The notes: generated by a model not told the origin, from the sequence alone. A DNA stretch of 25,440 nucleotides from Bacteriovoracaceae bacterium (GCA_049599895.1 JBMYPC010000035.1:1-25440), one strand, 5' to 3'; shown: positions 1 through 9,720, counted from the stretch's first letter. A program made the numbers and translations.

Positions 1-80
1 CAAAGACATTTCGTTACCTTAATTGAAATAGAGATCAAGGCTAAATTCTCTCTATCTTGCAGGATACTGACTAGATAAAC

Positions 81-1523
81 TCACTTACTTTTTCTTTCTT
101 GATCCATTTCTGGTAATGGCTGATTAATCATTTCTCTTTGTGCTGAAAAGAAAAAGGCATCCATGATAACTCGATTGAGTATGAAAGCACTTGCTGCTTT
201 AAGATAGGCCAACTTTTTATTGTGCTGATTATCGCAGATTGTATGGAAAATATAATACTGAAAGGCCACATCTCTTGGAAGTAGCGCAAGCCCCATCCCC
301 GATAAAAATGCATAACGATCAACTCCAACATCTCCAGTCAGATGCCAATCATCTTTTGTCAGAATGTTTTCTCGAACATCACTAGCGATATGCTCATCAT
401 AAGCTTGGGCAATAATCGCAAGAAAAAGCAATTCACTCACTCTAGGATCATCCAAGTCTTCGATGGTTAAGTTTTCCCAATTAACATCATCAGGTAAAAA
501 AGCAGGAGTGTAGTCAAAACCAATCTTTCCTTGAAGCTCTTTAAAAAGCTTCTTAAATTCATATTTCCAGGTCATAAAAAACTTTTGGCTTTTTAAATAC
601 TCTTTAAGTTTTAACAACTCTTCTTGGCGGTCATCTGATTCAAAAATTTTCTTGGCCCTCTCTTCAAGGTTGTTATCTGAATCATCAAATAAATAATTAA
701 AAACAACCGTCTCAGGGATTTTATAACCTCGTGAGAAAAGCCATTTATTCCAACCTTTCGTAAGCCAAGCAGAGATAGAACTTCCATTTCTCGCCATTAT
801 TCCAGCTGAGACATGCGACTTAAAAACTCCTGAAAGCATTCCAATAAAAAACTGGCCATAAAATCTCGCATCTTTTTCACGATCTCGGTTATGGTATGTG
901 TATCCCGCGAGACTCACCCCAAGGCCCGACCAAACGGTGAACTTTTTAAAGAACTTACTACCACTATCTCTAATATCATTTTTATAACTTGAACGGCAGG
1001 CATAGTAGTTATAGCGATGGTTACGGTAAGCTTCTGAGCGAATTTTTCTTTCAAGTCCAGGAGTGTAGCTTCCTTTCTTTTTATGCTTTTCGATTTGCCC
1101 TTCGCTAATTCGAATTGATTTCTTTCGAATTCTCTTTTCCCAAGTCCAAAACTTCTTAAACTCTTTGGATTCCCGTGCACTTTTCTTAAAAAGAGCTTCG
1201 ATTCTTTCAATGGCAATATTTCTTTTTCCAACGTCTGGGATACTCATTGTGTAGTAGAGGTAACTCTCAACAATTTCACGTTCGGCATTTGCAGGGATAA
1301 GAGAAAAAAGTTTTTCAGAATCAGTATAGGTTTCATTCAATTTTGAATGCTCGAGAATCTCGATTAACTCTTTTTTGGTGATAGCTCTTTTAGACTCTGG
1401 ACGATAAGACTTAAGAGAACCGGATTTGTTAATCCACTTGGAAATGGAGCCCAGACAATTGGCTTGGGCCAAACTCTGACTAGTGAGTATTCCCACCAAT
1501 AGAGTTATTTTTAAAAACTTCAC
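81..1523 (-). CDS. Hypothetical secreted/membrane-associated protein (480 aa)
   Basis: Long ORF with GTG start and a signal-peptide-like N-terminus (MKFLKITLLVGILTSQSLAQA). No family motif recognised. Confidence 0.8.
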   Translation of the reverse strand: MKFLKITLLVGILTSQSLAQANCLGSISKWINKSGSLKSYRPESKRAITKKELIEILEHSKLNETYTDSEKLFSLIPANAEREIVESYLYYTMSIPDVGKRNIAIERIEALFKKSARESKEFKKFWTWEKRIRKKSIRISEGQIEKHKKKGSYTPGLERKIRSEAYRNHRYNYYACRSSYKNDIRDSGSKFFKKFTVWSGLGVSLAGYTYHNRDREKDARFYGQFFIGMLSGVFKSHVSAGIMARNGSSISAWLTKGWNKWLFSRGYKIPETVVFNYLFDDSDNNLEERAKKIFESDDRQEELLKLKEYLKSQKFFMTWKYEFKKLFKELQGKIGFDYTPAFLPDDVNWENLTIEDLDDPRVSELLFLAIIAQAYDEHIASDVRENILTKDDWHLTGDVGVDRYAFLSGMGLALLPRDVAFQYYIFHTICDNQHNKKLAYLKAASAFILNRVIMDAFFFSAQREMINQPLPEMDQERKSK

Positions 1524-1769
1524 TTAATTGATCCCACAAACATTAAGTTGAACTAATATATTTCATTAGGTTGATATAATATTAAGAAACTATCTGCATA
1601 CTGAACTTTGCGACCCTGTAATTTTGATAAGCTCAAACAAACTTCTCGAAAAACAACGGTTTTTCAATACCTTACGATATTTTTTTGAAGCATTTCACCT
1701 AGACGGAAAGCCTTTTCTAGGGCCATGATTTTGGGGTTAACAAAAAACAAACATGCGCATGGAGTCAAA

Positions 1770-3755
1770 ATGTCAGTAACACCAATCTCGGTTCAATCAA
1801 GACTAGCCCCTAACCCATCATCAACCCCTAAACTTTCTGTTGAAGTTCAATCGAAAAAGTATGGTGCTGTAAAAGTCTGTGACCCCAAAGCCACTCGGGC
1901 CCTCGTTCTTTTAATGAATCAACATGCTGTCATTGGTGGAGCTGCTTGCCATTGGGGCGGTCCTTCAGCATTTGCTGAAATCTCAAGTGCAGTCCATGGA
2001 CTTATGTTTCAAGAGAGCCCCTGGTTTGAAAAATACAATTTTGTTAATGATGCTGGTCATGCTGAGAATGGAATTTACGCCCTAAGAGCTAATTATGGCC
2101 ATGACAATTTAGACTTTGCGGCGCTTAAGAAATTTAGATCGATTGAAAGTAAGCTCACAGGTCACGGAGAATCTCATCTCAACCCTGAAGGCGTCCTTAT
2201 TTCCAATGGCCCACTAGGAAGTGGTGTTCCTCAAGCTCAAGGTCTTGCCATGGCAGATAAGCTCACAGGTAATGAGAGAAAAACAATTTGTCTTCTCTCT
2301 GACGGTGGCGCTATGGAGGGAGAAACAAAAGAAGCTCTCGCAGCAATCCCAGGTCTTTGGGAAAAGAAAAAAATTAACCCCTTTCTTCTCATCATCTCAG
2401 ATAACGATACTAAGCTCTCTGGAAGAATTACTGAAGACTCTTTTTGCATGGGAAAAAGTTTTAAATCATTAAAAGAACTTGGATGGAATCTTCTTTTTGT
2501 AGAAGACGGGCACAATCAACAAACAGTCTTTAATGAAATTGAAACTGCCCTCGATCAATTAAATGAACAAGGGCCAACCGCCATCGTCTTTAAAACGGTA
2601 AAAGGAAAAGGAATTCAAAGCACAGAAGAATCTTCTTCTGGAGGACATGGTTATCCTCTTAAAGCTTATGATGCTAAACTGACTGCTTTTCTTGAGGAGC
2701 TTTACCAAGGAGAGACTGTTCCTGAAGAGTTCTCCACTTGGGCCAATGAAATCCTAAGTTCAAAGCCTGAAGAAAGTGAAAAATCATCAGGAGGAGCTGT
2801 TAAAGAAAAAGTTCAGGTGGGAGTTTCTAATGCTCTTATTGATGCCGCTAAAAAAGGGCTTCCTGTTGTCTCTATTACAAGTGACCTTCCTGGGTCCACT
2901 GGTGTTGCTGGGTTTAGAAAAGAATTTCCTGAAAGATCATTTGATATCGGAATTGCTGAATCCAATATGGTCTCAACGGCCATTGGTTTTTCACTTAATG
3001 GTTACATCCCTGTGGTCGATACCTTCTCACAGTTTGGAGTGACCAAAGGAAACCTTCCGCTTATTATGTCGGGACTTTCAGCTGGACCATTAATCGGAAT
3101 CTTTTCTCATACAGGTTTTCAAGATGCTGCTGATGGGGCCTCCCATCAAGCGACAACTTATATTAGTGCTATTGCTTCCATTCCAAATGTAGAAGTGATC
3201 TCTCTTGCTTCTTCTCAAGATGCTCATACATTTATCACGAAAGCGATCGATGATTTCGCTGAGGCAAGAAAAAATGGAAAGACACCGAAAAGTACCATCT
3301 TCTTTTTAGGTCGAGAGACTCATCCAAGAAGTTATATTGAAACTCAATCTGAGTGGCAAACACCTCAAGTCTTAAGTTCTGGAAAAGATGCCCTACTTGT
3401 CACCACAGGCCCACTTGTTGATCACGCCCTTTCAGCTTCAGAGCTTCTCAAATCAAAGGGAATTGAAGTTGGTGTCGTGAATCACTCTTTTCTTAATAAC
3501 CCGAATACTGAAGAGTTCTCTAAACTCTTAAAAGACTCAAACAACACTCTTATTACGGTTGAAGATCACCAAACAAAGGGTGGGATGGGCTCACTTCTTA
3601 CTCAGGCCTTAAACCAGGCAGGACATTATCCGAAATCTCTAAACATTGGGATCGAAGGAAAGTTTGGTCAGTCGGCATATAAAGCTGCTGAGCTCTATGG
3701 GCTTCATGGCTTTAATGCAGATGGAATCGCTGAGAAAGTTACAAAGTTTCTTTAA
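1770..3755 (+). CDS. Transketolase-like TPP-dependent enzyme, single chain with N- and C-terminal domains
   Basis: Motifs DAGH, LTGHGE, NGPLGSG, the TPP-binding SDGGAMEG...DN, DIGIAE, DGASHQ and VEDHQTKGGMGS. Start placed at ATG 1770 because GGAG lies at 1761-1764 (the ORF track starts at 1725). Confidence 0.85.
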   Translation: MSVTPISVQSRLAPNPSSTPKLSVEVQSKKYGAVKVCDPKATRALVLLMNQHAVIGGAACHWGGPSAFAEISSAVHGLMFQESPWFEKYNFVNDAGHAENGIYALRANYGHDNLDFAALKKFRSIESKLTGHGESHLNPEGVLISNGPLGSGVPQAQGLAMADKLTGNERKTICLLSDGGAMEGETKEALAAIPGLWEKKKINPFLLIISDNDTKLSGRITEDSFCMGKSFKSLKELGWNLLFVEDGHNQQTVFNEIETALDQLNEQGPTAIVFKTVKGKGIQSTEESSSGGHGYPLKAYDAKLTAFLEELYQGETVPEEFSTWANEILSSKPEESEKSSGGAVKEKVQVGVSNALIDAAKKGLPVVSITSDLPGSTGVAGFRKEFPERSFDIGIAESNMVSTAIGFSLNGYIPVVDTFSQFGVTKGNLPLIMSGLSAGPLIGIFSHTGFQDAADGASHQATTYISAIASIPNVEVISLASSQDAHTFITKAIDDFAEARKNGKTPKSTIFFLGRETHPRSYIETQSEWQTPQVLSSGKDALLVTTGPLVDHALSASELLKSKGIEVGVVNHSFLNNPNTEEFSKLLKDSNNTLITVEDHQTKGGMGSLLTQALNQAGHYPKSLNIGIEGKFGQSAYKAAELYGLHGFNADGIAEKVTKFL

Positions 3756-3758
3756 AGA

Positions 3759-4503
3759 CTAATCAACAGTCGTCATTGTACAAGTCTTCGTTGTTGAGCG
3801 ATCACAACGAGACTTGAGGGTGTATCCAGTGACAAACCCTCGATCATTACCATTTTTAAGGTTTATTGTGAGGGCATGCTCAAATTTAAAAACAGGGTCA
3901 TTATTTGAATCTAAAGCAAATCTTCGGATTGTCAGCTTTGAAGTCGAAAGAGATTTATTAATTGAAAAGAAGTAGTGGTTTCTTCCTAAACGAATCGAAT
4001 TTTTATTGCTTGAAGTTTTTAACTGAGTACAAAGCTGATTAATCGGCGTTGTTCGGTCTGTCCAAACAACTTCGTTACAAACACCATCTGTGGAATAAAA
4101 AATATGGTTTCCGGCCTGCTCTTTGATTTTGGCTGCGACAGTCGAACTGGTGAAGCTATCGGGAGCTGAGCATGTAGACTCTTTTTTTATAAAAGTTACG
4201 GTCTCCCCATCTTTCTTTGATTCGTACTCCCCTCTTTGAAACTCAAGAGCATTACAGACTTCTAAAACTTGAGAAACTTGAGTGGCATTAAAAATGACAG
4301 GATTATCTAAGATACTGAAAACGGTTGAGTTTTCAGGCGTCGCAGACAGCTAGGAAGCGTCAGCGCCCGGTGTTTCGAAGTTTTATTACTTGAAAATTAA
4401 ACTAATACGACTAGATATCAAGACCAAGGTCTGCTTCCTGTCCCCTTTTCGCGCAACTGAGAGAAAGAGTTAACATTAAACATAAAATAAAAGAGTTTTT
4501 CAT
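3759..4503 (-). pseudogene. Lipoprotein gene (213 aa when restored) interrupted by a 103-bp insertion
   Basis: ATG 4503 overlaps the upstream TGA (ATGA) and encodes MKNSFILCLMLTLSLSC (lipobox), running to ...LGLDI and then TAG at the insertion edge. Removing 103 bp (insert plus one AGATA) gives ...LDILDNPVIFNATQ..., open to TAG at 3759-3761 (642 nt, 214 codons). Confidence 0.85.
4310..4417. mobile_element. MITE-like non-autonomous element, short form, flanked by AGATA direct repeats
   Basis: AGATA at 4310-4314 and 4413-4417. Homologous to 19552-19700: left 22 nt 21/22 identical, right 58 nt 46/58 identical and ungapped (manual count). Imperfect terminal inverted repeats. Interrupts an ORF. 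Confidence 0.85.
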
Positions 4504-4748
4504 TGCAGGATCTTTGTAGGGGGTTCAAGCATAACGTTCATAAGTTTTCCCTCAGGAAGTCTTGCGATAAAACTTGAGCAGTTCTTTGCAATTCGTGGAA
4601 ACTCCGAACACCATTCACGAACATTTTCCTTGAGAAGATTTTCTAAGTCTTCCATACTTTCAAAAGTCGAAAGATGAGAAAAATCGAAATAGAGTTCCCT
4701 ACCATTTTTAATAATTTTGGCTTGGTAGCTTGGTGTAAATTCTGACAT
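4500..4748 (-). CDS. Small hypothetical protein (82 aa)
   Basis: ORF preceded by TAGAAT (4755-4760, minus strand) 6 nt before the ATG. Its stop overlaps the next ATG. Confidence 0.7.
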   Translation of the reverse strand: MSEFTPSYQAKIIKNGRELYFDFSHLSTFESMEDLENLLKENVREWCSEFPRIAKNCSSFIARLPEGKLMNVMLEPPTKILQ

Positions 4749-4822
4749 TAAGGAATTCTACTTAACCGATTTCATTTCTAGTAGACGCGGAGCTCAATGT
4801 ATAAAACTTGTCTTCTTGTTTA

Positions 4823-4913
4823 ATCAGGGTGTTAGGATAGGACCTACTGAATGTCTGACAGTTTACCTTGGGTTTCGTCAAACCTTCCATGTCTTCATCG
4901 AGACACATCGGGT
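4823..4913 (+). other. Long imperfect hairpin in an intergenic region (candidate structured RNA or palindromic element)
   Basis: Nested complementarity read by eye: GTGTT/GACAC, GATAGGAC/GTCTTCATC, TGAC/GTCA and ACC/GGT, with G-U pairs on the + strand. Confidence 0.3.
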
Positions 4914-4914
4914 C

Positions 4915-5367
4915 TTAGAACTCTCCTGGAGCACATTGAAGGCAAGTCAGACCGAGTTCTCGCCAGGTTTTCACCACTGACTTTCGATCATCCACAACAA
5001 AAAGAATTTCAAAAAATTGTTCAATATCGCGTTTATAGATTTCAGCTTTGATCTCAGAATCACTTCGATGGTCTTCATCTTCTCTCATCCACATTCGCTC
5101 ATAGCTTACTTGATATTTTTTAAGCCAAGTCTCTGAGAGTTCCCGCATCCCTTCATGTCTCCCGGTCACAATTAGGATCTTATAATTTCGATCTAAACAC
5201 ATTCTCACAAGTTCTAAGCACCACTCATGAGGAGGATCAAGGTCAGCATCTTTAAAAAAGCCTTTCCAGTCTTTTGGTGTTTTTTCGAGATAATGTTCAC
5301 GGTGCTCAGTATTTGAAAGAGTGCCATCAAAATCAAAGATGATGGCCTTTTCACGGAAGTTATTCAT
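4915..5367 (-). CDS. HAD-family acid phosphatase, T4 PNKP phosphatase-domain-like
   Basis: DFDGT motif I, VTGR, DSEIK and VDDR..VV..WR..GL. The probable start MNNFREK at 5367 overlaps the end of the upstream gene. Confidence 0.85.
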   Translation of the reverse strand: MNNFREKAIIFDFDGTLSNTEHREHYLEKTPKDWKGFFKDADLDPPHEWCLELVRMCLDRNYKILIVTGRHEGMRELSETWLKKYQVSYERMWMREDEDHRSDSEIKAEIYKRDIEQFFEILFVVDDRKSVVKTWRELGLTCLQCAPGEF

Positions 5368-7261
5368 TTTGATCACCATTTACAAAACTTTCAATTTGAT
5401 CTCGGGCCTGATCTTGATCGTACTCATCTGAGTTTAGAACACTGATGAGTTTAAGAGTAATCGTTCTTCGTTTAAAAGGATTAGGTAGGCCTTTAAAGGG
5501 AGGGAGAACCCCTAGGCCTTTAGGGTGGCCATAACTTGTCCAAGAACCCCAGAGTCCTTTGATACCAGCAACACAAATAGGAACAGGGTTGTCTTTAAGA
5601 ATTTTTAAAATTCCTGGTTGAAACTTTCGAAGCTCGCCGTCCCTAGAAATCCAGCCTTCAGGAAACAATCCTAAAACTTTGTTCTCTTTTAAAGTGCGAT
5701 CAATATCGAGAAAAGCTTGATTGAGAATTTCTTCATTTTCTTTTTTAGGAGCAATGGGAATTAATTCCATATGCCCAAAGAACCACTTGAGAAACGGATG
5801 AAAATAAAAACTGTGATCAATGACATAATAAATTCTGTGCGGACAAAGATGGCTTAATAGAATCCAATCAATGAATGAAATATGATTTGCCACAACGATA
5901 TAAGGTTCTTTCTCAGGAAAATCATCCTTACCTACGACTTTAACTTTATAGCCAATTCTTATGACAGCCCCAAGTAAATGCTTCCAAAACTCATAGGGTC
6001 TTTTAAAGTATTGCTTAAAAAAGACGAGAATCGACAGAAGACCAGCAATAAGAAGGATCAGTTTGACATCTCCCCCTTGAGCAAAAATTAAACTCATAAA
6101 AACTGAAGCCACTACCATATAAAGAGCATTGAGAATGTTATTATTAGCGATGAGCTTTGAGAGTCCCTCATCTTTGAAGTCGATCTGCATTTTTGAATAG
6201 AGAGGAACGATATAACCTCCACCAAAAAAAGCCACTCCAAAAAAGAGTACCGCATGACACCAAGACCCTGGAAATTCAAAAAAATCAGAGATTCCTACTT
6301 TCGTAAAGGAGTTGTACTGCTCAAGATTAAACGAGAGAAGTAAAAGAAGTATGGCCATGATCAAAAGGCTTAACTGAGAAAGACCAACAAGATCATCTCT
6401 TTTTGAAAACTTTCCAAAAAAGATTGAACCAATTCCCATCCCTACAGTAAAAAGAGCGAGGAAAAATGTCGCAAGGTTTTCATCACCTTGAAACCACTCT
6501 TTTGAAACAATCGGAAGAATTGTCAAAATAACGGCGCCAATACACCAATACCAAGAAATGCCATGAATGAGATATCTCGCCTTTTCATTTCTTTTGAAAT
6601 ACTGAAGATTTAGGCTTATGAGCTTAAGAGGGTTCGTGCTTTGAATCTTATCACTTACCTTTGCCTCTAACTTGGGGAGCCCAAGACTAATGATAAAACC
6701 AACAAGAGCAATCACCGAAGGAATAATCGCTCTTAACCAAAAACTGTCTCCCGCTTCTGAAGCTGTGTGTTGTCCCCCACCAAGCATCCCTCCTAAGATC
6801 GTTCCCAAAAGAATGCTAATGAATGTTCCACCTGAAACAAGAGCATTAGAACTTACAATTTTGTCGTCGCTTACTATCTCTGGAATGGTGCTGTATTTGA
6901 GAGGTCCAAAAAAAGCCGACTGGGCCCCCATAAAAAAGAGAACCACTAATAAAAGTTCAAATGATTCAAAATAAAAACCAATTCCGGCAATAGTCATAAA
7001 AATGAACTCGGTTACTTTAGTCAAACAAATCATCGAAGACTTAGAATAATGTTCGGCCATCTCCCCAGCGAGGGCCGAGAACAGAAAAAATGGAAGAATA
7101 AAAATTCCAGCACTTAACGAGACAACAATCTCTGGAGACAACCCAAAAACACTGATCCCTTTAAATGTGATTAAAATCACCAGGGCCGTTTTAAAGACAT
7201 TATCGTTAAATGCTCCAAGAAACATTGCTCCGAATAATGACCAAAACCCTCGATCTTTCAA
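5360..7261 (-). CDS. MFS (LplT-like) transporter fused to a PlsC-type acyltransferase domain
   Basis: N-terminal FLGAFNDNVFK and QSAFFGPLKY motifs with many TM segments. C-terminal NHISFID and FPEG acyltransferase motifs. TTG start with AAGGAG upstream. Confidence 0.9.
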   Translation of the reverse strand: MKDRGFWSLFGAMFLGAFNDNVFKTALVILITFKGISVFGLSPEIVVSLSAGIFILPFFLFSALAGEMAEHYSKSSMICLTKVTEFIFMTIAGIGFYFESFELLLVVLFFMGAQSAFFGPLKYSTIPEIVSDDKIVSSNALVSGGTFISILLGTILGGMLGGGQHTASEAGDSFWLRAIIPSVIALVGFIISLGLPKLEAKVSDKIQSTNPLKLISLNLQYFKRNEKARYLIHGISWYWCIGAVILTILPIVSKEWFQGDENLATFFLALFTVGMGIGSIFFGKFSKRDDLVGLSQLSLLIMAILLLLLSFNLEQYNSFTKVGISDFFEFPGSWCHAVLFFGVAFFGGGYIVPLYSKMQIDFKDEGLSKLIANNNILNALYMVVASVFMSLIFAQGGDVKLILLIAGLLSILVFFKQYFKRPYEFWKHLLGAVIRIGYKVKVVGKDDFPEKEPYIVVANHISFIDWILLSHLCPHRIYYVIDHSFYFHPFLKWFFGHMELIPIAPKKENEEILNQAFLDIDRTLKENKVLGLFPEGWISRDGELRKFQPGILKILKDNPVPICVAGIKGLWGSWTSYGHPKGLGVLPPFKGLPNPFKRRTITLKLISVLNSDEYDQDQARDQIESFVNGDQNE

Positions 7262-7399
7262 GTTGACTCCTTTTGCTCTGCAATAGATAAAAAAGTTTCT
7301 TTGATTATGACACAGACATCAATAAAAGGTATCATGGGCCAATAAAAAAACCTAGTAGCATATCTTAGTGTGCTGAAAACTAAAGACTGATTGAATATT

Positions 7400-8062
7400 A
7401 TGAAACTCTACCATTACGTCCATTGTCCCTTTTGCGTCAGAGTCCGAATGGCCCTGGGCTATCTTAATATCAACTACGACTCAATCGTCTTACCTTATAA
7501 TGACGAAAAGACTCCTGTTGATCTTTGCGAAAAAAAAATGCTTCCTATTTTTTCATGGGGCCCCGATGACCAATCCAATGAAAGTCTCGATATTATAAAA
7601 AGGCTTGATACAGATAATGTTTTAAAAAACAATCTTTTGGAAGATGAAGAAAAGCTAGGTGAGATCGAAGAGCTTCTGAGTAGCATTGGCTCCCCCACTC
7701 ACAACCTTGCCATGCCGTATTGGATTTGGCTTCCTGAGTTTAATGTTGAATCAAGACAGTATTTTGTTGAAAAGAAAAGTCAAAAACGTGGACCGTTTCA
7801 TGTTCTTGCACAGAAAAGACCAGTTTATTTAAAAGAAATAGAACCTGTTCTTAAGAGAGTCCAGGCCCATCTTCATCCCTTTTACTTGGGAGAACAACTT
7901 TCGATCTTTGATATTATGCTTGCTTCCCACCTCTGGGGTCTTTATGTGGTACCAGAGTTTCAGTTCTCATCCCAAATGCATAGCTACCTGCAAACAGTGA
8001 AACGCCTGTGCCAGTTTGATTACTTAAATGATCTTTGGACGAGACAAAACTTTTTAAAGTAA
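7400..8062 (+). CDS. grxB: Glutaredoxin 2 family
   Basis: MKLYHYVHCPFCVRVRM, ESLDII and a GST-like C-terminal half. ATG at 7400. Confidence 0.85.
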   Translation: MKLYHYVHCPFCVRVRMALGYLNINYDSIVLPYNDEKTPVDLCEKKMLPIFSWGPDDQSNESLDIIKRLDTDNVLKNNLLEDEEKLGEIEELLSSIGSPTHNLAMPYWIWLPEFNVESRQYFVEKKSQKRGPFHVLAQKRPVYLKEIEPVLKRVQAHLHPFYLGEQLSIFDIMLASHLWGLYVVPEFQFSSQMHSYLQTVKRLCQFDYLNDLWTRQNFLK

Positions 8063-8950
8063 AAACTGAGAGCCTATAAGAAAAAGAGCAAATGAAATAA
8101 GAAGGTGCACACTAGGCCATTTCTTCTCGGCTAAGCATTCGACTGAGTTTGAAAAAAGACTACCTGTGATAGCAATCCCTGCAATACTGGCAAGATGCCC
8201 TGTTTGAACGGCGTTAAGATAAAGCCCAAGAGAAATAAAAGTCCCAAGAAGACTCCCAATCACGACCATGGATTTTTGCCTTGAGCTTAGCTTTTTAAAT
8301 TTTTTTCCAAGTTCAAGAGAAACAAATCTTGAAATGATCACAAAAGCAAAAAGGGCCCCCAGACATCGATAAAAGTTTCCTTCTAAAGAACTTAATCTTG
8401 GATCAAGATCAAAAGCATAGCGAGTCACAACAATTCCGCAAGCATCCATTGAAACCCCAATAAGAGCGGCGATGAGCCCCTTAAACTCCCAAGACTGATT
8501 CACTTTAAACTGCTCAAAACTTATGACAAACAAGCAACCCATAAAAAAAGCAATGGCAATCATTTGATTCATTGAAACGGCTTGCCCAAAAAGAAAAAAA
8601 CTTAACACTCCAATAATAAGTGGCTGAAAGCCAAAGACTATCGAGGTTCGACCGGGACCAAAATGTTGAAAGGCCTTAAGAAGAAAAATATCGCCTATAC
8701 CTAAACCAATAAAACCAGAAAGAAAAAGACCAAAGAATTGAAGTGAGTTAAAGAAATCAAAACCAAATGTAAAAACGTTAAAAACTCCAAAAGCAAACGT
8801 AGCAATCAGCGCCTTAATACAGTTCATCCACTTCGCCCCATTGAGGCGAGAGTACTGAGCAAAAATAAGAGAACCAATGGCGAAGGCCAGATTTGAGCCA
8901 ATCACGTAATAATAGACAGAATGTTCTGGTTTTATCTCAAGAAGATTCAC
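8054..8950 (-). CDS. DMT/EamA family transporter
   Basis: About 10 hydrophobic segments and an LSGFIGLGIGD motif; 298 aa. Confidence 0.85.
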   Translation of the reverse strand: MNLLEIKPEHSVYYYVIGSNLAFAIGSLIFAQYSRLNGAKWMNCIKALIATFAFGVFNVFTFGFDFFNSLQFFGLFLSGFIGLGIGDIFLLKAFQHFGPGRTSIVFGFQPLIIGVLSFFLFGQAVSMNQMIAIAFFMGCLFVISFEQFKVNQSWEFKGLIAALIGVSMDACGIVVTRYAFDLDPRLSSLEGNFYRCLGALFAFVIISRFVSLELGKKFKKLSSRQKSMVVIGSLLGTFISLGLYLNAVQTGHLASIAGIAITGSLFSNSVECLAEKKWPSVHLLISFALFLIGSQFLL

Positions 8951-9009
8951 TTAATTCCTAGGAGTCCCTTTATCTTTTACTCTCCACATCGTAAACTCCC
9001 AAAAGAAAT

Positions 9010-9702
9010 ATGGAAACTACAGAATTAGACTTATTGAATGATTTTCAGAGCAGACTCGATGAAGATGAGCTCAAAACCTGGCAAACCAGGGCCAAAAAAC
9101 TTCTTGAACGTCAGTTTAGAGCCGATAAACTTCCAAAGCCTAAAAACCTAAGGCCTGAAAATCTAAGGCCCGGCTACGTAATCGAAATTGGTTCAGGAAC
9201 AGGAGACTTTGCTCTTCAATTTGCGATGGCGAATCCCAATCGACAGTTAGTTGCAATGGAACATACTCGAACGAAGTTTAAAAAATTTCAAGATCAACTT
9301 AATAAAATCCAAGAGGATCAAGACCTTTCAAACCTCCATGCTTTTCATGAAAATGCTATTTCTTGGATTGCTCATAATGCCGGGCCTGAAGAAGTTGAGA
9401 CAATTTATCTTCTTTATCCTAACCCTTTCTTAAAACCAAAAGATTGGAACTGCAGATGGCATGCTCTTCCCTTCTGGGGATATTTGATCAAGTGCCTTAA
9501 ACCAGGCGGAACTCTTATTGTTGCAACAAACATACGAGAATATGCTGAAGAATGCCTCTTCTTTAATCATTATTGGAATCTTGAGTGTACTCTTCAAGAA
9601 ACAGTGGGTTCTAAGCTTAGTCCAAGGACAAAGTTTGAAAAAAAGTATCTCGAAAGAAATGAAACTTGTTATAATCTCACTTTCACAAAGTCTCGCTTAT
9701 AA
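9010..9702 (+). CDS. TrmB-like SAM-dependent methyltransferase (divergent)
   Basis: EIGSGTG SAM motif, YPNP (cf. FPDPW), LKPGG, ATN (cf. ATD/KTD) and TKFEKKY. Confidence 0.75.
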   Translation: METTELDLLNDFQSRLDEDELKTWQTRAKKLLERQFRADKLPKPKNLRPENLRPGYVIEIGSGTGDFALQFAMANPNRQLVAMEHTRTKFKKFQDQLNKIQEDQDLSNLHAFHENAISWIAHNAGPEEVETIYLLYPNPFLKPKDWNCRWHALPFWGYLIKCLKPGGTLIVATNIREYAEECLFFNHYWNLECTLQETVGSKLSPRTKFEKKYLERNETCYNLTFTKSRL

Positions 9703-9720
9703 AGAAGATATGGAGTCGGT

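Noticed and set aside
4315..4412. The insertion as a self-splicing intron
   Set aside because: It is too short and has no group I/II features. Flanking direct repeats and a homologue in a promoter indicate a DNA element.
4870..4914. Hammerhead-like words on the minus strand (CGATGA...GAAAC)
   Set aside because: The CUGANGA core is missing and I could not build the three-stem junction.
4915..5367. PNKP-like HAD gene as a sign of a prophage or RNA-repair system
   Set aside because: No kinase, ligase or phage genes are nearby, and it is coupled to the MFS-acyltransferase gene.
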